This document shows positions 1 through 11,500 of a stretch of 64,000 nucleotides of DNA, piece after piece. The stretch spans positions 1,052,778 to 1,116,777 of the forward strand of contig JBFLYH010000001.1 of NCBI GenBank assembly GCA_040756875.1, read 5' to 3'. Each line of letters opens with the position of its first letter. Within the stretch, counting starts at the first letter, position 1. This DNA is from a candidate division FCPU426 bacterium (GTDB lineage: Bacteria; Oederibacteriota; JAAXVQ01; JAUVAV01). Under the pieces are notes generated by a model. It did no database searches, was not told where the DNA came from, and saw only the letters and a list, made by a program, of their open reading frames with translations. The translations under genes and the position numbers were made by a program.

Positions 1-276
1 TCTGGACATATAGAGAAAGGCGCCGTGAGGGCGGTCCACCTTGGCTGCCTGGCCGATCAAGTCGAAAATTTCGTCGGCGCGGCGCGCTTCGATCAGCACG
101 GTCAGCACTTCCTTCTCGAAGGCCAGCGGCGTCTGATCCGCCACGGAAGATCCCCGGGCATGGCAGGCCACGGCCGTATTGACGCCCGCGCGCCGCAACG
201 CCTTGAGCACCGGCGCGCTGGCGCCGCGGTAAAGCACGGCCGTGATCACCCGCGCGGCTTCCTTGACCGGGCTCAC
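1..276 (-). CDS. P-II-like regulatory protein, second copy (3' end runs off the window)
   Basis: Not in the ORF track. GTG at 276 overlaps the TGA of the upstream P-II gene (GTGA). Manual translation MSPVKEAARVITAVLYRG...HARGSS...FEKEVLTVLIEARRADEIFDLIGQAAKVDRPHGAFLYMSR parallels the neighbouring P-II motifs (EKEV..V, AD.IF, D.P.G.F.Y). Confidence 0.8.
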   Translation of the reverse strand, partial: MSPVKEAARVITAVLYRGASAPVLKALRRAGVNTAVACHARGSSVADQTPLAFEKEVLTVLIEARRADEIFDLIGQAAKVDRPHGAFLYMSR

Positions 277-650
277 GGCCGGCCCGCCTTGTCCCCGGCC
301 ATGGCTTTGAGCACCTCATGGGGGATGTAGGTGGCGGCCTTCTCGAGGGGGGTAAGGTAGATGAACCCCATGCCCGGCGTGTCCAGCTTGCCGGCGGCGA
401 ACATGCACTCGAAAATCCGGTCCGCCTGATCGGTGGAAACCACCACCTGGATGACTTCCTTCTCCACCTCGACCGCGATGCCCAGCACGCCCAAGCGTTC
501 CCGCACGCCTGTCCCGCGTCCGTAGAAAATAGTGGCGCCCTGAGCCCCGGCTTCGCGCGCGGCTTTCACGATGGTGTCGGCCGCCCCCCGCTGCACGATG
601 CAGGTGATCAGGGCCACGTCGGTCAAAACGGTCATTTTACGCTGCGGCAT
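273..650 (-). CDS. P-II family nitrogen regulator-like protein
   Basis: ITCIVQRG, GAQGAT, GRGTG, EKEVIQVVV and PGMGFIY motifs of the P-II superfamily; adjacent to DUF1538 gene. Confidence 0.85.
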   Translation of the reverse strand: MPQRKMTVLTDVALITCIVQRGAADTIVKAAREAGAQGATIFYGRGTGVRERLGVLGIAVEVEKEVIQVVVSTDQADRIFECMFAAGKLDTPGMGFIYLTPLEKAATYIPHEVLKAMAGDKAGRP

Positions 651-656
651 GGACAG

Positions 657-2393
657 TCACTCCTCGACGAGGATTTTGGGCGCACTGCGGCGGGCGCGCC
701 ATTGCACGTACAATCCGACGGACAGGACGGACAGGATGGGAAACACCGAGGCGGCGGCCAAAACGCCGAATCCCTCGATCACGCCCAGCGCCCGCCCAAA
801 CCCCAGGCCCATGGCGAGCACGAGCGGAACCGTCACCGGGCCGGTGGTGACGCCGGCGCTGTCCCAGGCCACGTTGACATAGGCTTCGGAGGAAAAAAAG
901 GTCAGGAGCAGGGCTAGGGAGTACGCCAGGAACAGGATCAGCGTCAGGTTGAGCCCGAAAACCAGTTTAAGCACGCCCACGGTGATCCCGCAGGCCACAC
1001 CCAGGGAAACCGCGTACATGAGCAGGGTCTTCTTGAAAGCGCCGCTGGTGAGGTTCTCCACGGTCAGCCCCAGGGCGTTGAGCGCGGGTTCGGCCAGCGT
1101 GGCGCCGAATCCCAACACCCAGCTGAACAGGCAGGCCAGCAGCACGCCGGTGACCAGGCTGAAAAGCGGAGACCCGGCGATGGCCGGGATGTTCGTGAAG
1201 GCGCCGGGGATCAGGCTGCCGGATTGCCCGCCCAGTTTCGAAAGGCCGTAGGTCAGGCCGAGGTTGAACAGGATCATGCCCGCGACGGCCAAGGCCAGGC
1301 CGTAAACGATGAAGCGCCCCTGCGCCAGCCTTTCCCGCAGGATGAACCGCAGCACCAGGAACAGAAAAAGGATGAGCGGCACGATGGCCCGCAACCCCGT
1401 AACGATCTCGACGCCGGGCGTGGTCTCGTACCAGGCCGCGCCGCCGGCGGCGACGGCGGACCCGGACGCCAGCAGGGCTGGCAGCTGGGCCGGCGGAAAC
1501 GCATTCACCGCCGCTATCCCGAGCAGCAGGACGCCCATGATCGGGTACAATGAGGCCAGCGTGACGATGCCGAAGCCCGAGAGGGATTCATTCCCCCGGG
1601 TGACCGCCGCGGCCACGCCGATGCCCAGCGCCAGCACCAGGGGCACGGTCACCGGCCCCGTAGTCACGGCTCCGCAATCCCAGGCCAATCCGATCAGAGT
1701 GCGCAAATGGGGATGCCATTGGCAGGCAACCGTAAGCGCGAGCAGGGGGATCAGACTGAAATAAACGATCGGTTTGAGGCTCCAGCCGCGCACGAACCGC
1801 AGGGTGCCGACCACCGCAGCCAGGCCCACGCCCGCGCCCACCACCAGCACCAGCCAGACGGACCAACGGTTCAGCAGCAGATGAAGATACGGCGCTTTGG
1901 CGGGATCTACGATCGATCCCGCCACTTGCAACGCGCCGATAGCCGGTTCGGCGAAGGTGACCCCCACGCCCAGTAAAAACGTGATGCCCAAAACCACAAA
2001 CAGGCCGGTGCGGCGCGGCAGGTTGTTGCCGATGGTCTCGCCGAACGGCATCAGCCCGAGCTTGAGGCCTTCCATAAACAGCATGAGGCCGGCCATGACC
2101 GCCAGCAGGCCGGCGGCAATCACCGCGGCATCAGCCACGGATTGGCGGAGCACCAGCCATTGGAAAAGCGCCAGATACAGCGCCAGGGGAAACACGGCCT
2201 TGAATTGTTCGCTGAAACGGGTGCCGAGGTACGGCGCCAGCAGGCGGTAGATATCCATGGAGCGCAGCTTCAGCTTGCGTTCCCTGGCAGCGGTTTCAGC
2301 CTCGGATTTTGGCGTCAAGCGGTTGTAGCTGACTTGAGTGCTCTGGACGCTGACTTGGCGGAGATAATCACCGAAGCGGACGGGTTTGGGCAT
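657..2393 (-). CDS. DUF1538 family membrane protein (two fused DUF1538 halves)
   Basis: Highly hydrophobic; repeated T(F/L)AEPA and AWD(C/S)xxVTTGPVTVPLVLA motifs in both halves. Confidence 0.88.
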   Translation of the reverse strand: MPKPVRFGDYLRQVSVQSTQVSYNRLTPKSEAETAARERKLKLRSMDIYRLLAPYLGTRFSEQFKAVFPLALYLALFQWLVLRQSVADAAVIAAGLLAVMAGLMLFMEGLKLGLMPFGETIGNNLPRRTGLFVVLGITFLLGVGVTFAEPAIGALQVAGSIVDPAKAPYLHLLLNRWSVWLVLVVGAGVGLAAVVGTLRFVRGWSLKPIVYFSLIPLLALTVACQWHPHLRTLIGLAWDCGAVTTGPVTVPLVLALGIGVAAAVTRGNESLSGFGIVTLASLYPIMGVLLLGIAAVNAFPPAQLPALLASGSAVAAGGAAWYETTPGVEIVTGLRAIVPLILFLFLVLRFILRERLAQGRFIVYGLALAVAGMILFNLGLTYGLSKLGGQSGSLIPGAFTNIPAIAGSPLFSLVTGVLLACLFSWVLGFGATLAEPALNALGLTVENLTSGAFKKTLLMYAVSLGVACGITVGVLKLVFGLNLTLILFLAYSLALLLTFFSSEAYVNVAWDSAGVTTGPVTVPLVLAMGLGFGRALGVIEGFGVLAAASVFPILSVLSVGLYVQWRARRSAPKILVEE

Positions 2394-2509
2394 GACCGGT
2401 AAAAAATAACCTAAAAAAAGCTGTCTGGCAAGAATTTTCCCTGAGGGCCGTTTGCGCCTCCCTGTTCAACCGCCACGGGTTCAGGGAAAACGCGAAGCGA
2501 CCGCAACCG

Positions 2510-5500
2510 TCAGGCGGCTTGTCCGGGCGAATAGCGCAGGCGCGGACGGCGCAACGGCTTTTCGAGATCCAGGGGCGCGAGGAAGGGCCACGGTTCGAGC
2601 AGCTTGCGCACGCGGCCGGTCCAGCTGGCGCGCCGGAGCAGAACGCCGGGCAGCAGCAGGCGTTGGTCGCGTCCGGTCCCGAGCGCGGCCACGGGGGCGC
2701 TGCGCAGGGCCGCGAGCCGGGACAGCAGGGCCGAAGCGTAAGTCCATTCGGCCAGGCGCTGGCCGGGGTCAGGCACGGCTTGCAGCCACTCCAGCAGGGC
2801 CAGGGCCAGGGCCGCTTCCTGCCCGGCGCCTGGTTCGCGGGCAAAGGCCAGGTACGCCGCGCCAAGCGGATCGTCCGCGCTGGCCCAGGCCGCGGCCAGT
2901 TCCGCTGCGGCGGCGGCTTCGGGCTGCCGACGTTTGGCGTCAGCCTGCACCAGCCGCAGATACAATTCCGGCGCGCGCGTCATGAGCAGCCGCTGGCTGA
3001 AACGCGCCAGCCAGGACGGTTGCACGCTGCTCAGGCGGTAGAACGCGTTCGCAACGGTTTCGGTCCAGGCAGCCGCCGCGTGCTGGCGGTAGAATTCGGC
3101 GCTGCGGTAGCGAAGGATCTGGCGCGCGGTTTCCGCGGCCAGTGCGGACCGCAGCCGCGCCCAGCGCCCGGCTGCAGCCGGCGCGCCCAGATCGGCCAGG
3201 AGCGATCCGCTGAGGTCGAGGCGCGCCGTCTGACCGGCCAGGGCTTCATAGCGGCCGAGCAGGCGCTCGGTCCAGGCGGCCGTTTCCTCCAGCTGCTCGG
3301 TGGCGAGCTGATGCGGACGGAAGGAGGCCGATTCCACGTCGTCCCGCGGGAAGTATCGCCGTTTGAGCAGGTCGAGGCGTTCCTCGGCCAGCCCGGCGTC
3401 GGACACGGTCATCGGAGCCAGACGGCCGACGACCCAGCGGCCGGTCTGAAGCAGGATCAACCACAGGAGGCGCGGCGTCCGCCAACGCTGGAATACGCGG
3501 AAAGGACGGTTCAGCAACGGCTGGTTGACCAGCGCCTCGGCGGCGGATAACCGGCGCGCCAGGCGCGGGGTCAGCCGGCCGCCTTCGGCGCTTGAGTACC
3601 GGACCTGGCGGAAAATCAGGGCGCCGGGCTGGGACTCAGGCCATCCCCGGAGCCGGAGGCTGAAACGGGCGCCGACTGATTCCAAGGCTGTCAGGCCGGG
3701 TTCTCCGGGATGAAGCTGTTTGAGATAAGTATTGCGGATGGGTTCCGCGGGCAGGGATTCCCAGCGGTCCGCAATCACGAATCCGTTCCGTTTCAGAAAT
3801 TGCCGGACCATGACGCCGGCCAGGCGTCCGAGTTTCAGCGCGGGGTTCCCGAGTTCCTGGGTTTGGTATTGTCCAACTTTCAGCAGCAGGAAATCAAACG
3901 GGCCGCGGCGGTCCAAGGCATCGGCATACGTTTCCGTGTCCTCGAGGTCCGCGACCTGCAGATAAGTGAGGCGCCGGATCTTGCCCCCCCATTCGAAGTG
4001 GACCGTGAACTGCCGGGGATCAGTCCTGCTCTGCACGGGTTCGCTGATATGGGTGGCGCCCAGCAGGTTGAGTTCCAGATTAAGGAACGGCCAGATTCCG
4101 GTCCGCGTCAGCACCGTGCGCGGCAGGCCGAGAATCTTGCCGTGTACCTGCTTGAACCGCAGATAGTAGGTTTGATTGCTGTCCAACGCCGCGCGGGACA
4201 GGGGTTTTCCGGCCGGCTGCCATGGCAGGTCGTCCACCAGCATCAGGTCCTCGGCTTGGGTGGCGTTCAGGAGCGTCGCCAGATCGGCCAAGGGGCGCAC
4301 GGCCAGGACGCGTTTGCGCTGCCGGCGCTGGTCTTCCGGATTTACCAGTCGGGCGATGTGGCGGAGATAGTCCAGGTTGAGCGTTCCGCCCACCAGGCGC
4401 GCCTCCAGGGACTCGGTCCGCCCCACGTAAACCAGCGCGGCCTTCAGGGGGTCGCGTTTCATGATGACATAGTCCGTTTCCTGCGGCCCCACGATCTGCA
4501 GCAAATAGGCGTCTTCGCCGACCGCGCTCAAGACCGTGGCATTCGCCGTATCCATGCGCCACATCAGTTGCACGTGGTCGCCGGGAAGCAGCCGCTGTTC
4601 CCCGGCTTTGACTTCCTGGGTCAATTCCACCGGGTTTAGGGGCAGGGGCGCGGTTTGGCGGCCGGCGGACGGTTCGCTCGCGGACCAGCCGGAATGGAAG
4701 ATCCGCTTGGGCGACTCCCGGATCGCATTCCGCCGGAATCCGCGCAGCCGGAAGTAGAGGTAATGGACCACCTCCACCATGGACATGCCGTTGATTTCTT
4801 CCAGCAGGCCGGCCCCGAAACGGGAGAGGCGCTTGTGGTCCTGGGTGCCGGCCTTGATGCCGTCCAGTTCGGGCACCAGTTCGCCCAGGGCCCGCGCCAG
4901 TTCCTGCTGGTTGTCGAGCATGGTGCCGTCGTAGTCGAAGACCACGGCCTTGACATTGCGGATGGAGATGCGCTGGTTGGTTTTGGCGTCGTAAAAACGC
5001 AGGGTGTTTTCGCGCGGGCTCCATTCAAAGGCGTTGTAATCCGAGATCAGGTGGTCCGCGCCGTACGTGGCCAGTTCGGTTTGCTCCAGGTCCGGCGCCC
5101 GGCCGATGGCCACGGTGCCCGGCACCATCTTCGCGGCGCTCATGTCCAGGCCGCCGTCGCCGATCATGACCACCACGCCCGGGTCCGCTGAAACGGCGTG
5201 CGCACGCCGGAGCGTGTCGGTTTTGGGGAACCGGGCGCCGAAGATCCGGCCGGTGAAGTGGGATTCCAAGCCGCGTTGCTTGAGCTCCCGCCAGGTGCGC
5301 CCTTCGGCCGAGCCGGTGGCGATGAAGAGCGGCAGGTTCGAAGCCCGGAAGTCGTCAAGCATCCGCTGCAAGCCGGGCGTAAGGGCCTTGAGTTCGCCCC
5401 GCGAATACAGTGTCCGCCAGGCCCGGCTGCGGCCCACCCGCAGGGCAAACCAGAAAACCGCCAGCGGACGCCCGAGCTCACGCAGGAAATATACCAGCGG

Positions 5501-8500
5501 CAGGACGGGATTGAGGTAAATCGAACGGCCGCGCCAGCCGTCCAGGCGCATGTGTTCCTGGGCCTGAACGTTGAGGAGGATGGTGAGGCGCAGGGCCCAA
5601 TTCACGGCCTGGAGCACGGCCAGATAAGCGCGCTCCGCCCGGTTTTCCCCCTGCGTCCAGTCGATATCCTGGACCAGCCAGCGGGCGATGAACACGCGCC
5701 GGTCCAGGGTTTCTGCAAAACGGCGGCTCACGCGGTCAATGGCCGAAAAATCCACCGGCACGTCGAACGACAGGCGGATGAGGCGCATGAGCATGTGGTT
5801 GTCTGTCAGGGTGTTGGCCGGCAGGCTTTGGTGCACAAAATGGGCGAACAGCCAGTTGGCCACTCCGGGCAGGGCGCGGCTGCCGTAAAGCAAAGTGCCG
5901 AAGCCGAAGAGCCCGAGCCAGGCCTGGGCAAACCAGGCGCCGGTCAGGGGCGCGAGCAACGCCAGGCCGAGGCCGGCTGCCAGACCCCAGCCGGAGAAAG
6001 CCAGCACATTGGCCGCCAGGTCAAAGCGCTTGCCCTGGTCTTTTTCGCCTTCCTCCGGCGCCCGGGCCCTGGCTGCATCCGCCTGATCCGCAGCAGTCGC
6101 CATTCCCAGGGCGTCGCTGGCCGCCTGGCGGACAGCCGGATGATAATCGTTCAACCCGCCGATGATCAGCCGTTTGACCGCGCCGCGCACTGCCTGGTTT
6201 TCCGCCGGAAACGCCGTGTACAGATTGCCCAATGTGCGGTAGAGCTGGCTGCGCAGGGGCGTGCTGGGTTCCTCCTCCAGCCGCCGCATGATGACCTGCA
6301 GACCTTCCAGGCCCTGGGTGCCCAGGGCCTGGGCCGCGCCCAAGCGGGCCAGACGATGCTGTCGTGGATCGAAGAAATCCGCGGCCATGGCTTTGACCGC
6401 GGTCTGTTCCATCGGGCGGACTTCCAGCACGAACACCGCAGCCTCGACAATGCCCGCGATATTCTCGCTTTCCTTGCCCACGGCACGGATGCGGTAGCCC
6501 TGTTCATACAGCAGCTGGAAGAAGCGCGGGCTGCGGATCAGGTACGGCAGCACGATCTGGCCGTTGGGTTTGAGATGGTTTTTGGCCTGGCGGAGGAATT
6601 CGGCGATCACCTGCAGGCCCGGATCCTTGAACGCCTGCTGGGCCATGGATTCAGCCGGCTGGTCGATCATGGGCGGGTTGAAATAAATCTGATCGAACAG
6701 GCCCAGGGGTTTGCCGGAAAGCAGGGAGAAGAAATCCCCCACCCAGGCTTTCACCCGGTCAGCCACGCCCAGGCGCCTGGCGACGTCGTTGGCATTGGCC
6801 ACGGCCATGGGGTTGAAATCCACGGCCACCACTTCAGCCGCGCCGCGCTGCGCGGCCAGGACCGAAACCACGCCCATGCCGCAGCCCATTTCGCAGATGC
6901 GCTCGCCCGGCTTGACGTCCACGCTTTCGATCAGCGAGGTGCTGGACGGGCCCAGGGCCGTGAAAACCGAGGCATAGGTGGGCACGCGCCGGCCCAGGGC
7001 CGGCACTTCCGACCACTCGGCCAGAGCGAAGGGTTTGACCGGTTTGGCGCCGAGCCGCGCCAGCAGCGCATCCACCTGCGGCTGGACAGCCGCAAACGCG
7101 TCCGCCGGATCTTCCGCCATTTCGGTCATCACGCCGATATAATTTTCAGGCGAGCCCTCGGCTTCGATGACCAGGGCCAGCGGTCTGCCTTGAGGACGCA
7201 GCAAATGCAGGCGGACTTGCCCCCCCCGCAGCTGCAGATGGACAATCCGCTCCAGCAGGGCAATCTGGTCTCCGGGCACTTGCCACGTCTGGCGCTGGCT
7301 GTCCGCGGATATGATCCCCTGGGTTGCATCCAGGCCCAGCACGTGTAAAAACGGCAACCAGTCATCCAAGGCCTGGGGCGATTCCCCTTGGGTCGCAAAA
7401 GGCAGGGTCAATTGCCTGGATTCCCGGGCCTGGGCGGCTTGCTTCTGGATTTGATCCTGGGCTGCCAATTGCCGGACCACGTCATTCCAGGTGATTTTTT
7501 CAGCCAATTGATAGAAAGCCGGAGGCCCGCGCATATCCGGACTGAACATCCAATCCAGCAGTCCGGGCGCCAGTTGTGGCTGCTCGCTAACCACCCATAA
7601 TGGCAGGTCACCCACGGTTTGCGAACGCACATCAATGGTGCCAAGTAAATGCAATGGATACAACATATCCATGTAATAGTTAAGGTATTCTCTCTGTATA
7701 AGGCGATATAGATAGGGTTTGTTTTGACGAGGCAGTTGATTTCTCAAGGACAGCCAGGTGCGGTTGCTCATCCGGCCCGCGTCCAGGCCCATATCGCGGA
7801 ACAGGGTCCGGAAATGCCGGGTAAGCTCCTCGGTAATCTCGCGTTTACCGTGACGGAGGTTGTAGTCATTCAGCGTCCGGATGAGCTTGGTAATGGGCAT
7901 CCGGATGAGCCGTTGCCAGTGTGCGCCCCTCTCCGCCGCATACCCTTCCCGTGGCTCGGAGAACAAGTGGGAAGCCTGTTGCCGCCATTCCTGGTAATGG
8001 ATCCCACCCAGGGTGCCGTATTCGCTCAACACTTTGGCCGGATCGTCCCGGGGTGCGAGCAGAAGGTAGGCAAAACGATCATAGCCGGCTTCGGACTGCC
8101 CCATCCTCAGGCGCAGGAACAACCGGCTGTCCTCTTCCACATATTGGATCTGGTAAGCATAAGGCGCGAGGTCCTGCAAGGCCGGTGGAACGCCTTTATC
8201 CAGCAACCCGGCCAGGGGCTTCCAGGCTGATTCAGCGACCAAACCGGGCGCTTCCCGCCAGACCATGGCCAGGGGGCCGATCGATGTGGTCAGGAACAGT
8301 TTGGCCCACGAGCCGCTGGCATCCAAAGTGGGCTGCAGCAAAGTTTTGCTTACCTGGCTGCTGTACAAAACGCCCTGTTCGAGCAGTTTGGAAACATCCG
8401 CAAGCTTGTCCATCGGATCTTTATAATCTTCGCCCTCCAGAATCCGCTGGTAGTAAGGCGCCAAGCCCTGGTCCGGAGCAGCCCAGGATTTAATGTCCGC

Positions 8501-11500
8501 CAGCAGGCGCCCGGCGCGCTGCCGGTCAAAACGGACCAGGTCCTCGAAGCCCCGCAGGTTGATCCAGAGCAAGGCGAAAAGCTCCAGGTGTGCGGCCGGA
8601 GTCTGCGGCATCAGACGGGACAACTGCAATTTGCCCAACTCCCGCGCGAGGGAAACGTCCAGCCAGTCCTGGTTTTGGAACACGCGCCAATCCAGGTATA
8701 TTCTCGGCTTGGCGCCGGTCTGAAGCTCCTTCACCCCGGCCGAGGCGAAATCGCCGGACGTGATGATCAGTTCCACATTCAATTCCTCGGGGCTGAAGCG
8801 TCCGGTCTGCAGCAGGCGGCCGCGCGCCTGGTCCAGGGCGGATTGGAACGCAGTCAGGACGGCCGGACTGAGTTGCACGAACTCGTGGCTGACATCCGCC
8901 AGCTCCGATTCGCGCCAAGACGCTGCCTGGGCCAGGCGGCCGGCTGCCTCGCGGGGCAAGGACAGGCTGGACAGGCGGTTCCAGGATCCGGCCGCGATCT
9001 GCAGCGTGCGGCCTTCGAGGCTCGGCAATGCCCAGCCGCCCTGCCCTTTAAAAATCTTCATATCGTCCTGAGCGGCGATCTGGCCCAGCCCCAGCACCAT
9101 GCCCATGGCCAGCATGCTTTCCGAAGCATTGTGGCCGGACAGCCACTGGGCCACGGCCGCCCCGGCCAAGACCAGCAAGGCCAGGGTATCAAGGTTTCCA
9201 CCCAGGTAATGAAGAACCCACGCCCAGGCCGCCTGTGCGCGCACGGCCAGGCGCTGGTTCCGCGTGATCGCCGGCTTGCCGGTCCAGGCCAGAACGCGCT
9301 CCGCCTCCTGCCACAGTTCTTCCTCGGCGCCGGTGACCGGCACTCTCGCGATGGCTGCCGCGAACCGTTCTTCGTCTTTAACGACCAGGGACTGGCCGAG
9401 GTACACGGGGCTAAACCCGTCGTCCCTGGCCGCCACATATTCGTATTGTTCCTGCATCTCCTCCGGCGCCGCGGATTCAAAGGCAGCGCGATCGGCCTGG
9501 TCCGGGAAGTATACCTGCAATACCGCCGCCTCGCCGGCGCCTGCCTTGAATTTGACCCAGGCCGTGGGTTCGGACGGAACGCTCGGCCCAAATCCGTATT
9601 CCCGCATCAGCACTTCGTGCAGAATCAGGTTTTTCATGGCCGGGTGTGTTTGCCTGAGGCGCGGGAATTGGTTGAAGAACAGCGTCAACAGGGGCCGCAG
9701 CAGTCCCATGCCCCGTAAATCCCGGGCGATCAGCACGCCCCGCAGGCCGCTGCCCGCATAGCCGTCGGCGATCGGCATCCGGTAGGCCAGCAGCTCGGCG
9801 AATTCTTTGGCCGGGGTCTGGGGCCGGATCAGGCCCACGCCGATTTCCGTCACCAGGGACCTCTGCTGCCGCAGTTCCACGGTCCGGCCGCGCGACGTGA
9901 GGCGCACGCGGTCGCCGGCCAGCTGGATCTGGTCCGCCGCCGTCGCCGGCACGCCGCGTTCGGCCTCCAGCTGCGCCAGGGTCAGCGGCCGGCCGGCTTC
10001 GTCGCGCTGGAAGGACACGCGGTAAGCCACTTCGGCGTTGAACAGGCGGCTGGTGACGGGATTCAACCCCAGATGGCCGTCGGTATCGTTGAGCGCGCCC
10101 GGCGGAGAAGTGACCGGCTCCAGGGCGAAGAAACCCGTTTCCTTGTCCCACACCACCACGAACGGCATGTTTGCGGACTGGGCCACCTCGATCATCAGGC
10201 CTTCGGTCTCGTTGTAAGCGCGCGACACCACCTGGCCTTCTGGCTCGGCCTGCAGGTCGAGCAGCACACCGTGGCGGCTGCGGTCCGAAGCCTGGAAAGC
10301 GCGCAGGTCCATGGACGAACGGTCCACGGTCCGGGGCGGCCCGGTCGGAAGCATGTCCCGGGTGGGCAGCAGGCGTTCGGCCGGAACCTGCAGGAACCAT
10401 TTCCCCTCCCCGCGTTTGAACCAGGGATGGCTGCCCGTGGTGAACACCGTGGCATTGTCCACCTGGATGCGGTTGAACAGCTCCGGACCGGACAGGCGGT
10501 AGGTCAGGGCCAGGCGGCCGGGGCCGAAACGCTTCAGGATCTCCGGATGGCTGCGGTTGTCGAAACGGACGCGGACTGAAAGGCCCTTGGCATTGACGCT
10601 GATTTTGTCCACGTGGAACGGCTGGCGCCGCACCAGGCCGTGATAGACGGTGCCCTGCGCGTTTTTCTTGGTCAGCCCGGCGTCCGTCAGCGCCTTGTCG
10701 CCCAGGTCGATGAGGCGGCCGTTGAACATGAATTGATTGCCGGCCACCTGGTCGATGTAGGGATACATGACTTCGATGCCGCCCGAGGACGGCACTTTGT
10801 CGAAATGCAGGATTTCCCGGCCGGCGACGGTGAAGGAAGCGATTTTGGCCGCGAACCCGGGCACGATCTCGAAGGAACTGTCGTGCGCCAGATCGCGGAA
10901 GATCAGGGTGTCATAGCCGTCGCGCGAACCCCGCTGGACGTCATAGCGCCCGGCCCAGGGCGAGAACCGCTCGGCCACCCGGGCGTAGGCGCGGGCCAGC
11001 CAGGCCGGCAGCCAGGGCGCGTTGACCTGTAAAACAAGGACGCGGGCGGCCAGGGCCTGTTGCCGCAGCGCGTCAGCAGGACTGGCTTCGGCCTGCAGCA
11101 GCAGGCTGCTCACGATCCGCAGGGCCCCGGCTTCGGCGCCCCGGGGGATTTGTTCGCGCAGGAAGGCGTCGAAAAAGCCCCGGCTGAGCCCGCCCATCTT
11201 CCGGGCGGCCGCGGGATCGGCCAGCAGCGCCTGCAGCAAGCCGCGGTCGAACATCCGCGCTCCGCCGGCCGCTTCGAGCCCCTGCCAGGCTTCGCGGTTG
11301 TATTCCCAGTGCGAACCGAAATACAGCACGGGCTTGCCCTGGGCCGCGGGCTCCAGTAGGTTGCGGTCGTTGCCCATCACCACCACGTCGGCTGCTGCGT
11401 AGAAGGCGTTCATCTCGCCGACGCTCTCCACGAGCAGGATATTCTTGCCGGACAGGTCCGGGTACGCTTCGCCGTCCGCGCGCCGGACCTCGCCCGCCTG

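Noticed and set aside
25-330. 101-aa plus-strand ORF
   Set aside because: The opposite strand encodes a convincing P-II-like protein
5198-7348. 716-aa plus-strand ORF (and many similar ORFs over the giant gene)
   Set aside because: Antisense shadow of a GC-rich coding frame; no motifs
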